Shown piece by piece: positions 11,441 through 23,100 of a stretch of 64,000 nucleotides of DNA (position 1 is its first letter; every line of letters starts with the position of its first letter). Source of the DNA: Mobula birostris (Eukaryota). Position numbers and translations under genes: made by a program. Below the pieces are notes generated by a model, which made no database searches, was not told the origin of the DNA, and saw nothing but the letters and a program-made list of their open reading frames with translations. The DNA is taken from NCBI RefSeq assembly GCF_030028105.1, contig NC_092375.1, positions 102,044,902 to 102,108,901 of the forward strand, in the 5' to 3' direction.

Positions 11441-13442
11441 TAGCAGTATTAAGTTTTGATTTAAAAAGAAATCCATTAAAATCTGCAACTGCTGCATTTC
11501 CAATGTGAGGTTGGAAATGAGGCCAGACACCTATGCATGCCAAAATTGCTGCAGGCTATTCATAAAAATCCTGGGCTCATTTAATTTAAATAATATTGCT
11601 AAGTATAAAGCCAGGAGCTGTCCAGCAAGAAATTTAATAGATCGGCACTTTAGTTGCTCACCAGAAGTTGTTGCCCTGTTAGTACGGGATTAATAAATAA
11701 TATTTTTTTTCTAATCCAGAATTTATGACCACTTTGCTACCCAATCTATTACACTGTTCATAACTTGCATGTTCCTAATTTTTCATACCACCTTTTATCC
11801 AATATGTGTGTATATTGTACCACAGTTCAGTTCCCCAGGTATATCCATTTTATTGCTTACCGGTAACCTCAAATTCTGTTTCTCAATTTATTACTTTTCC
11901 ATTTAAACTCTGCATTTATCACCACTCTAAATGTATATCCATTATGTTAAAACCATTAATCTCTTACAAGTATATTAATTGCATAATTATTTTTGCACCT
12001 AATTATCACATTGTGATTAGACATGGCACACATACCAATTATTTACAGTGCAATTAATCTTATGCATGTATACTCAGTTATCACGATCATTAAACTCCAC
12101 GTGTCCCTAATTTATTACTATTATTAATGTTACACATTCAATTAATTTCAAATTTAATGCACAAACATTAATCTAATGTGTTTCATTACAGTCATTAAAC
12201 TCTGCATTTATTTCCACTTCATGACAGTATCATTAACCATTATATTAATACTCAATTTATTACATTATCTTGCAATGGGTATTGCCATTAATGTCATGTT
12301 TACCTTCTCCCTTTCCCTCAATCTTCTAGAAAAGCAGCTGGATGAATCCTACAAAGCAAGGTTGAATTACACAACAAGAATCAAAGAACAAGAATTTCAT
12401 CCTTTTTATTTCGGGAAATGTTTATTTGTGTGACTTCCCTTCTGTTTATTACGAAGCAGATATTGGTTACTTTAAATATAAAGGAATGAAAGGGAGCTGT
12501 GTTGTGTTTGTTGAAGAGTTACTTCCATTTGGCTTCAGTATTTAATCTACACAATTTTCTGTTAGTTTGTTGAAATAAACTTTAACAAACTTACTGCATT
12601 CACTTTTGTCTTTATTTACAGGTTTTTTTGTTTAATTCAAAACAAGTATTACTTGAGAGAGAGAGATCCAAATTTAAAGAGGAAACAGACTGGCCTTAAA
12701 AAAATGCGGGTAAAATGGAATGGATTGTCTTCAAGATTTTAATTTCCAAAACAAAAAATAACAAAAAAAGGACAAATATTTTAACAAGTTAGTGGAGTGA
12801 ATTATCGAAGAACATGTGATATAGATTTTGAGATCAGCATCTGTAATGAGAGAAATGGTAGCCTGTAACAAAGAGTGCAATTCAAGCGATCTGGCAGAAG
12901 TGGAAGCAATAAATCTCAGCCAAAATGGGTTCATGAAAGGCAGGCTTAGTGGAATGCTCCGAGGTATAATAACTGATCCTCTTTGTATCTTGACTTTCAA
13001 AAAGTCTCTTACAAGAGACTTACAGTTAAAGTGAAAGTGCTGAAGATCAAGGAGTAAATCATAGATGATGAATTGACAAGATAATTTGAAACATACTGGA
13101 GTTAGCAAGTAAATTGTTCTAACTGGGCTAGTATAATTGATGGACTCTTCTACCATCAACACAGAGACTATCATCTCACATTTGCTTGTTAATTGTTTCA
13201 TTGTGGCTAATTGTGTGGCAAGGCAAAATTCCGGAGAATTTTGCTAATGAAAGATATCTAGCAGGTGCTTAACTGCAATCTTTAATTTTACCTTCTGAAG
13301 GACCAAATTGTTTCTCTCCATGACTCCCACTATTATCGCCAGGAGTTGAAACATTTTCTGCTAGCAATTGGTATCTTACTACTAAAGTAGAAAATTAGAT
13401 AAAGTGATGAGCAGGATTTGAATAGAAGATTATGCTCATATA

Positions 13443-13935
13443 CGAGGGGTGATTGATAAGTTCGTGGCCTAAGGTAGACGCAGTCAATTTTAGAAAACCT
13501 AGCACATTTATTTTTCCAACATAGTCCCCTCCTACATTTGCACACTTAGTCCAGCGGTCCTGGAGCATACGGATCCCTTCTTTGTAGAAGTTGGCGTCGT
13601 GGACCTCCAGAAAGTGGTCCACAGTAGCGGTGATTGATAAGTTTGTAGCCTAAGGTAGAAGGAGATGAGTTATACAGTCTCGGTACATGCACTTGCAGTT
13701 CAACTCCTTGAGTGATTATGCAGAAAGTTTGAAGTTAAAAACTCACCTCCTTGGTCCACAGACTTACCAATCACCCCTGCTGCGGACACTTTTGGAGGTC
13801 CAAGATCTGAATGCTCCACGACTGCTGGATTAAGTGCGTAAATGTAGGAGGGAACTATGTTGAAAAATAAATGTGCTAGGTTTTCTAAAATTGACTCCTT
13901 CTACCTTAGGCCACAAACTTATCAATCACCCCTCA
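13443..13935. mobile_element. palindromic non-autonomous mariner element (MITE)
   Basis: TA TSD at 13441-13442 and 13936-13937. Inverted repeat of >130 bp starting CGAGGGGTGATTGATAAG. The minus frame FYKEGIRMLQDRWTKCANVGGDYVGK is a mariner transposase C-terminus. Confidence 0.85.
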
Positions 13936-14174
13936 TACATTCAGCAGCCACTTTACTAGGTACAGGAGTGGAACCTGATGTGGTCTTCAGCTGTTGTAGT
14001 CCAACCATTTTATGTCACAAGGGCGGCTGGAAACAGACCCAAATGCAAGACACAGACACTGAAGTACAAGGAACAGGACTTGAACAGAGTAAGGACGTGT
14101 CAGGATTCAGGCAAGGAGCAGAGACAAGAGCGCAGACTAGAGCGAGGAAAAGCGGGACCAGGACTAGGAACCAT

Positions 14175-17100
14175 GGGCTTGGGGATCGGCCGGAGGCTGG
14201 GGGCTCGGGGATCGGCCGGAGGCTGGGGGCTCGGGGACTTGAGGTTCAGCCGGAAGCTGGGTGCTTGGGGCTCGGCCGGAGGCTGGGGTCTTGGGGCATG
14301 GCTGGAGGCCAACCGCTTGGGGCTTGGGGCTCGGCCGGAGGCTTGGCGCTTGGGGCTCGGCCTGAGGCTGGGGGCTTTGGTTTTGGGCTTGGCTGGAGAA
14401 TGGGCGCTTGGGGCTCAGCCGGGGGCTGGGCGCTTGGGGCTCGGCTGGAAGCTGCGGTCTTGGGGCTTGGGGCTCATCTGGGTGCTTGGGACTCGTCGAT
14501 CGGCCGGAGGCTGGGCGCTTGGGGCTTGGTGTTCGGCCCGAGGCTGGAGGCTGGGAGTTGAGGGCTCGGCCGGAGGCCGGGCGCTTGGGGCTTGGGGGTC
14601 AGCCGGAGGCCGGGTGCGTGGGACTTGGGGCTCGGCCGTAGTCTGCGGTCTTGGGGCTCGGCCGGAGGCTGGGAGCTTCGTGCTCGGCCGGAGGCTGGGA
14701 GCTTGGGGCATGGGGCTCGGCTGGGGACTTGAGGTTCAGCCGGAAGCCGGGTGCTTGGGGCTTTGGGCTCGGCTGGAGGCCGGGGTCTTGGGGCTTGGGG
14801 CTCGGCCGGGGGCCGGAGGCTGGGTGCTTGTCGCTCGCCCGGAGGCTCGGGTCTTGGGGCTCGGCCGGAGGCTGGGCGCTCGGGGCTTGGGGCTCGCCCG
14901 GGGGCTGGGCGCTCGGGGCTTGGGGCTTGGCCGGGGGCTGGCGTCTTAGGCCTTGGGGCTCGGCGGAGGCTGGGGGCTTGGGGCTTTACCGGAGGCTGGG
15001 CGCTTGGGCTTTGGGGCTCGGCGCTTGGGGCTTTGGGCTCAGCCAGAGGCTGGGCACTCGGGGCTTGGGGTTCGGCCGGAGGCTGGGCGCTCGGGGCTTG
15101 AGGCTCGGCCGGAGGCTGGGCGTTTGGGGTTCGGCTGGAGGCTGCGGTCTTGGGGCTTGGGGCTCGTCGATTGGCAGAAGGCTGGGTCTTGGGGCTCTGC
15201 CAGAGGCTGGGCGCTTGGGGCTTGGCCCGAGGCTGGGGGCTTGGGGATCGGCCGGAGGCTGGGGGCTCGGGGATCGGGGCTCGGCCGGAGGCTGGGGTCT
15301 TGTGGCTCGGCTGGAGGCTGGGCGCTTAGGGCTTGGGGCTTGGTCCGAGTCTGGGGACTGAGGGCTCGGCCGGAGGCCGGGCGCGTGTGGCTTGGGGCTC
15401 GGCTGGAGGTGGGCGCGTGGGGCTTGGGGCTCGGCCGGAGGCTGGGCGCTCAGGGCCTGGGGCTCGGCCAGAGGCTGGGGTCTTGGGGCCTGGGGCTTGG
15501 CTGGGGACTTGAGGTTCAGCCGGAAACTGGGTGCTTGGGGCTCGGCCGGAGGCTGGGGTCTTGGGGCTTGGGGCTTGGCCGGAGGCCGGGCACTTGAGGC
15601 TTGGGGCTCGGCTGGAGGCTGGGCGCTTGGCGCTCGGCCTGAGGCTGGGGGCTTTGGTTTTGGGCTCGGCTGGAGAATGGGCGCTTGGGGCTTGGGGCTC
15701 AGCCGGGGTCTGGGCGCTTGGGGCTCGGCTGGAGGCTGCGGTCTTGGGGCTTGGGGCTCATCTGGGTGCTTGGGGCTCGTCGATCGGCCAGAGGCTGGGC
15801 GCTTGGGGCTTGGTGTTCAGCCAGAGGCTGGAGGCTGGGGGCTGAGGGCTCGGCCGGAGGCCGGGCGCTTGGGGCTTGGGGCTCAGCCGGAGGCAGGGTG
15901 CGTGGGGCTTGAGGCTCGGCCGGAGTCTGCGGTCTTGGGGCTTGGCCGGAGGCTGGGAGCATGGTGCTTGGGGCTCGGCCGGGGGCTGGCGTCTTAGGCC
16001 TTGGGGCTCGGCGGAGGCTGGGGGCTTGGGGCTTTACCGGAGGCTGGGCGCTTGGGGCTTGAGGCTTTGGGCTCCCCAGAGGCTGGGCACTCGGGGCTTT
16101 GGGTTCGGCTGGAGGCTGGGCGCTCGGGGCTTGAGGCTCGGCCGGGGGCTGGGCGTTTGGGGTTCGGCTGGAGGCTGCGGTCTTGGGGCTTGGGGCTCGG
16201 CTGGGGGCCGGAGGCTGGGTGCTTGGCGCTCGGCCGGAGGCTGGGGTCTTGGGGCTCGGCCGGAGGCTGGGCGCTCGGGGCCTGGGGCTCGGCCGGTGGC
16301 CGGGCGCTCGGGGCTCGGCCGGAGGCCGGGTGCTCGGGGCTTGGGGCTCGGCCGGAGTCTGCGGTCTTGGGGCTCGGCCGAAGGCTGGGAGCTTGGGGCT
16401 CGGCCGGAGGCCGGGTGCGTGGGGCTTGGGGCTTGGCTGGAGGCTGGGCGCGTGGGGCTTGGGGCTCGGCCGGAGGCTGGGGTCTTAGGCCTTGGGGCTC
16501 GGTGGAGGATGGGGGCTTGGGGCTTTACTGGAGGCTGGGCGCTTGGGGCTTGGGGCTTTGGGCTCAGCCGGAAGCTGGGCGCTCGGGGCTTGGGGTTCGG
16601 CCGGAGGCTGGGCGCTCGGCCGGAGGCCGGGCTCTTGGGGCTTGGGGCTCGGCCGGGTGCTGGGCGTTTGGGGTTCGACTGGAGGCTGCGGTCTTGGGGC
16701 TTGGGGCTAGTCGATCGGCCGGAGGCTGGGTCTTGGGGCTCTGCCGGAGGCTGGGGGCTTGGGGCTCGGCCTGAGGCTGGGGGCTGAGGGCTCGGCCGGA
16801 GGCTGGGTCTTGGGGCTCTGCCGGAGGCTGGGGGCTTGGGGCTCGGCCTGAGGCTGGGGGCTTGGGGCTTTACCGGAGGCTGGGTGCTTGGGGCTTGGGG
16901 CTTGGGTCTCGGCCCGAGTCTCGGGGCTGAGGGCTCGGCCGGAGGCCGGGCGCGTGTGGCTTGGGGCTCGGCTGGAGGTGGGCGCGTGGGGCTTGGGGCT
17001 CGGCCGGAGGCTGGGCGCTCAGGGCCTGGGGCTCGGCCAGAGGCTGGGGTCTTGGGGCCTGGGGCTCGGCCGGAAGCTGGGTGCTTGGGGCTCGGCCGGA

Positions 17101-20100
17101 CGCTGGAGTCTTGGGGCTTGGCTGGAGGCCAACCGCTTGGGGCTTGGCCTGAGGCTGGGGGCTTTGGTTTTGGGCTCGGCTGGAGAATGGGCGCTTGGGG
17201 CTTGGGGCTCGGCTGGAGGCTGCGGTCTTGGGGCTTGGGGCTCATCTGGGTGCTTGGGGCTCGTCGATCGGCCGGAGGCTGGGCGCTTGGGGCTTGGTGT
17301 TCGGCCCGAGGCTGGAGGCTGGGGGCTGAGGGTTCGGCCGGAGGCCGGGGTCTTGGGGCTCGGCCGGGGGCCGGAGGCTGGGTGCTTGGCGCTCGGCCGG
17401 AGGGTCGGGGCCTGGGGCTCGGCCGGAGGCTGGGCACTCGGGGCCTGGGGCTCGGCCGGAGGCCGGGCGCTTTGGGCTTGGGGCTTGGGGCTCAGCCGGA
17501 GGCCGGGTGCGTGGGGCTTGAGGCTCGGCCGGAGTCTGCGGTCTTGGGGCTCGGCCGGAGGCTGGGAGCTTGGTGCTCGGCCGGAGGCTGGGAGCTTGGG
17601 GCATGGGGCTCGGCTGGGGACTTGAGGTTCGGCCGGAAGCTGGGCGCTTGGGGCTCGGCCGGAGGCTGGGGTCTTGGGGCTCGTCCGGAGGCCGGGGGCT
17701 TGGGGCTTGGGGCTCGGCCGGGGCCGGAGGCTGGGTGCTTGGCGCTCGGCCGGAGGCTCGGATCTTGGGGCTCGGCCGGAGGCTGGGCGCTCGGGGCCTG
17801 GGGCTCGGCCGGGGGCTGGGCGCTCGGGGCCTGGGGCTCGGCCGGGGGCTGGGCGCTCGGGGCCTGGGGCTCGGCCGGGGGCTGGGCGCTCGGGGCCTGG
17901 GGCTCGGCCGGGGGCTGGGCGCTCGGGGCCTGGGGCTCGGCCGGGGGCTGGGCGCTCGGGGCCTGGGGCTCGGCCGGGGTCTGGCGTCTTAGGCCTTCGG
18001 GCTCGGCGGAGGCTGGGGGCTTGGGGCTTTACCGGAGGCTGGGCGCTTGGGGCTCGGCGCTTGGGGCTCGGGGCTTTGGGCTCAGCCAGAGGCTGGGCAC
18101 TCGGGGCTTGGGGTTCGGCCGGAGGCTGGGCGCTCGGGGCTTGAGCCTCGGCCGGGGGCTGGGCGTTTGGGGTTCGGCTGGAGGCTGCGGTCTTGGGGCT
18201 CGTCGATCGGCAGAAGGCTGGGTCTTGGAGCTCTGCCGGAGGCTGGGCGCTCGGGGATCGGCCGGAGGCTGGGCGCTCGGGGATCGGCCGGAGGCTGGGC
18301 GCTCGGGGATCGGCCGGAGGCTGGGCGCTCGGGGATCGGCCGGAGGCTGGGCGCTCGGGGATCCGCCCGAGTCTGGGGGCTGAGGGCTCGGACGGAGGCC
18401 GGGCGCATGTGACTTGGGGCTCGGCTCGAGGCGGGCGCGTGGGGCTTGTGGCTCGGCCGGAGGCTGGGCGCTTGGGGCTTGGGGCTCGACTGGAGTTGGG
18501 CGCGTGGGGCTTGGGGCTCGGCCGGAGGCTGGGCGCTCAGGGCCTGGGGCTCGGCCAGAGGCTGGGGTCTTGGGGCCTGGGGCTCGGCTGGGGACTTGAG
18601 GTTCAGCCGGAAGCTGGGTGCTTGGGGTTCGGCCGGAGGCTGGGCGCTCGGGGCTTGAGCCTCGGCCGGGGGCTGGGCTTTTGGGGTTCGGCTGGAGGCT
18701 GCGGTCTTGGGGCTTGGGGCTCGGCTGGGTGCTTGGGGCTCGTCGATCGGCAGAAGGCTGGGTCTTGGAGCTCTGCCGGAGGCTGGGCGCTTGGGGATCG
18801 GCCGGAGGCTGGGGGCTCAGGGATCGGCCGGAGGCTGGGCGCTCGGGGATCGGCCGGAGGCTGGGCGCTCGGGGATCGGCCGGAGGCTGGGCGCTCGGGG
18901 ATCGGCCGGAGGCTGGGCGCTCGGGGATCGGCCGGAGGCTGGGCGCTCGGGGATCGGCCGGAGGCTGGGCGCTCGGGGATCGGCCGGAGGCTGGGCGCTC
19001 GGGGATCCGCCCGAGTCTGGGGGCTGAGGGCTCGGACGGAGGCCGGGCGCGTGTGACTTGGGGCTCGGCTCGAGGCGGGCGCGTGGGGCTTGTGGCTCGG
19101 CCGGAGGCTGGGCGCTTGGGGCTTGGGGCTCGACTGGAGTTGGGCGCGTGGGGCTTGGGGCTCGGCCGGAGGCTGGGCGCTCAGGGCCTGGGGCTCGGCC
19201 AGAGGCTGGGGTCTTGGGGCCTGGGGCTCGGCTGGGGACTTGAGGTTCAGCCGGAAGCTGGGTGCTTGGGGCTCGGCCGGAGGCTGGGGTCTTGGGGCTT
19301 GGCTGGAAGCCAACCGCTTGGGGCTTGGGGCTTGGCCGGAGGCCAACCGCTTGGGGCTTGGGGCTTGGCCGGAGGCCGGGCACTTGGGGCTTGGGGCTCG
19401 GCCTGAGGCTGGGGGCTTTGGTTTTGGGCTCGGCTGGAGAATGGGCGCTTGGGGCTTGGGGCTCTGCCGGGGGCTGGGCGCTTGGGGCTCGGCTGGAGGC
19501 TGCGGTCTTGGGGCTTGGGGCTCATCTGGGTGCTTGGGGCTCGTCGATCGGTCGGAGGCTGGGCGCTTGGGACTTGGTGTTCGGCCCGAGGCTGGGGGCT
19601 GAGGGCTCGGCCGGAGGCCGGGCGCTTGGGGCTTGGGGCTTGGGGCTCAGCCGGAGGCCGGGTGCGTGGGGCTTGGGGCTCGGCCGGAGTCTGCGGTCTT
19701 GGGGCTCGGCCGGAGGCTGGGCGCTTGGGGCTCGTCCGGAGGCTGGGGTCTTGGGGCTCGTCTGGAGGCCGGGCGCTTGGGGCTTTGGTCTCGGCTGGAG
19801 GCCGGGGTCTTGGGGCTTGGGGCTCGTCTGGAGGCCGGGCGCTTGGGGCTTTGGTCTCGGCTGGAGGCCGGGGTCTTGGGGCTTGGGGCTCGGCGGAGGC
19901 TGGGCGCTTGGGGCTTGGGGCTCGGCCGGCGGCTGGGCGCTTGGGGCTTGGGGCTCGGCCAGGGGCCCGAGGCTGGGGTCTTAGGGCTCGGCCGGTGGCT
20001 GGGCGCTCGGGGCTTGGGGCTCGGCCGGAGGCCGGGGTCTTAGGGCTTGGTGCTTGGGGCTCGGCGGAGGCCGGGGGCCGGAGGCTGGGTGCTTGGTGCT

Positions 20101-23100
20101 CGACCGGAGGCTGCGGTCTTGGGGCTTGGGGCTCAGCCGGAGGCTGGGCGCTTGGGGCTCGGCCGGAGGCCGGGGTCTTGGGTCTTGGGGCTCGGCGGAG
20201 GCTGGGGGCTTGGGGCTTTACCGGAGGCTGGGTGCTTGGGGCTTGGGGCTTAGGTCTCGGCCGGGGGCTGGTTGCATGGGGCTTGGGGCTCGCCGGAGGC
20301 CGGGCGTGTGGGGCTTGGGGCTCTGCCGGAGGCTGCGGTCTTGCGGCTCGGCCGGGTGCTTGGGGCTTGGCCCGAGGCTGGGGTCCTGGGGGCTTGAGGT
20401 TCAGCCGGAAGCTGGGCACTTGGGGCTTGGCCAGAGGCTAGGGTCTTGGGGCTTGGGGCTCGGCGGAGGCCGGGGGCCGGAGGCTGGGTGCTTGGTGCTC
20501 GGCCGGAGGCTGCGGTCTTGGTGCTTGGGGCTCGGCTGAGGGCTTGAGGTTCAGCCGGAAGCTGGGCGCTTTGGGCTCGGCCGGAGGCTGGGGTCTTGGG
20601 GCTCGTCCGGAGTCCGGGCGCTTGGGGCTTTGGGCTCGGCTGGAGGCCGGGGTCTTGGGGCTTGGGGCTCGGCGCTCGGCTGGGTGTTTGGGGCTCGTCT
20701 CTTGGCCGGAAGCCGGGCGTGTGGGGCTTGGCAGGAGGCCAGGCGCTTGGGGCGTGGGGCTCGGGGCTCGGCCGGAGGCTGGGGGCTTTGGGTTTGGGGC
20801 TGGGCTGGAGAATGGGCGCTTGGGGCTTGGGCCTCGGCCGGGGGCTGGGCGCTTGGGGCTCGGCTGGAGGCTGCGGTCTTGGGGCTTGGGGCTCGGCTGG
20901 GTGCTTGGGGCTCATCAATCAGCTGGAGGCTGGGTCTTGGGGCTCTGCCGGAGGCTGGTCGCTTGGGGCTTGGGGCTCGGCCAGAGGCCGGGCACGTGTG
21001 GCTTGGGGCTCGGCTGGAGGCGGGCGCGTGGGGCTTGTGGCTCGGCCGGAGGCTGGGCGCTTGGGGCTTGGGGCTCGACTGGAGTTGGGCGCGTGGGGCT
21101 TGGGGCTCGGCCGGAGGCTGGGCGCTCAGGGCCTGGGGCTCGGCCAGAGGCTGGGGTCTTGGGGCCTGGGGCTCGGCTGGGGACTTGAGGTTCAGCCGGA
21201 AGCTGGGTGCTTGGGGCTCGGCCGGAGGCTGGGGTCTTGGGGCTTGGCTGGAAGCCAACCGCTTGGGGCTTGGGGCTTGGCCGGAGGCCAACCGCTTGGG
21301 GCTTGGGGCTTGGCCGGAGGCCGGGCACTTGGGGCTTGGGGCTCGGCCTGAGGCTGGGGGCTTTGGTTTTGGGCTCGGCTGGAGAATGGGCGCTTGGGGC
21401 TTGGGGCTCAGCCGGGGGCTGGGCGCTTGGGGCTCGGCTGGCGGCTGCAGTCTTGGGGCTTGGGGCTCATCTGGGTGCTTGGGGCTCGTCGATCGGCCGG
21501 AGGCTGGGCGCTTGGGGCTTGGTGTTCGGCCCGAGGCTGGAGGCTGGGGGCTGAGGGCTCGGCCGGAGGCCGGGCGCTTGGGGCTTGGGGCTTGGGGCTC
21601 AGCCGGAGGCCGGGTGCGTGGGGCTTGGGGCTCGGCCGGAGTCTGCGGTCTTGGGGCTCGGCCGGAGGCTGGGAGCTTGGTGCTCGGCCGGAGGCTGGGA
21701 GCTTGGGGCATGGGGCTCGGCTGGGGACTTGAGGTTCAGCCGGAAGCTGGGCGCTTGGGGCTCGGCCGGAGGCTGGGGTCTTGGGGCTCGTCCGGAGTCC
21801 GGGCGCTTGGGGCTTTGGGCTCGGCTGGAGGCCGGGGTCTTGGGGCTTGGGGGTCGGCCGGCGGCTGGGCGCTTGGGGCTTGGGGCTCAGCCGGGGGCTG
21901 GGCGCTCGGCCGGAGGCTGGGAGCTTTGGGTTTGGGGCTGGGCTGGAGAATGGGCGCTTGGGGCTTGGGGCTCGGCCGGGGGCTGGGCACTTGGGGCTCG
22001 GCTGGAGGCTGCGATCTTGGGTCTTGGGGCTCGTCGCTCGGCCGGAGGCTGGGCCTTGGGGCTCGGCCAGAGGCTGGGCGCTCGGGGCCTGGGACTCAGC
22101 CGGAGGCTGGGGTCTTGGGGCTTGGGGCTCGGCTGAGGGCTTGAGGTTCAGCCGGAAGCTGGGCGCTTTGGGCTCAGCCGGAGGCTGGGGTCTTGGGGCT
22201 TGGGGCTCGGCGGAGGCCGGGGGCCGGAGGCTGGGTGCTTGGGGCTCGGCCGGAGGCTGGGAGCTTGGGGCATGGGGTTCGGTTGGGGGCTTGAGGTTCA
22301 GCCAGAAGCTGGGCGCTTGGGGCTCGGCCGGAGGCTGGGGTTTTGGGGCTTGGGGCTCGGCGGAGGCCGGGAGCTGGAGGCTCGGTGCTTGGTGCTCGGC
22401 CGGAGGCTGGGAGGTCGTGGCTTGGGGCTCGGCCGGAGGCTGGGCGCTCGGGGCTTGGGGCTCGGCTGGAGGCCGGGGTCTTGGGTCTTGGGGCTCGGCG
22501 GAGGCTGGGGGCTTGGGGCTTGGGTCTCGGCCGGGGGCTGGTTGCGTGGGGCTTGGGGCTCGCCGGAGGCCGGGCGTGTGGGGATTGAGGCTCGGCCGGA
22601 GGCTGCGGTCTTGGGGCTCGGCCGGGTGCTTGGGGCTTGGCCGGAGGCTGGGGTCCTGGGGGCTTGAGGTTCAGCCGGAAGCTGGGCACTTGGGGCTTGG
22701 CCAGAGGCTAGGGTCTTGGGGCTTGGGGCTCGGCGGAGGCCGGGGGCCGGAGGCTGGGTGCTTGGTGCTCGGCCGGAGGCTGCGGTCTTGGTGCTTGGGG
22801 CTCGGCTGAGGGCTTGAGGTTCAGCCGGAAGCTGGGCGCTTTGGGCTCGGCCGGAGGCTGGGGTCTTGGGGCTCGTCCGGAGGCCGGGGGCCGGAGGCTG
22901 GGTGCTTGGTGCTCGGCCGGAGGCTGCGGTCTTGGTGCTTGGGGCTCGGCTGAGGGCTTGAGGTTCAGCCGGAAGCTGGGCGCTTGGGGCTCGGCCGGAG
23001 GCTGGGAGCTTGGGGCATGGGGTTCGGCTGGGGGCTTGAGGTTCAGCCAGAAGCTGGGCACTTGGGGCTCGGCCGGAGGCTGGGCGCGTGGGGCTTGGGG

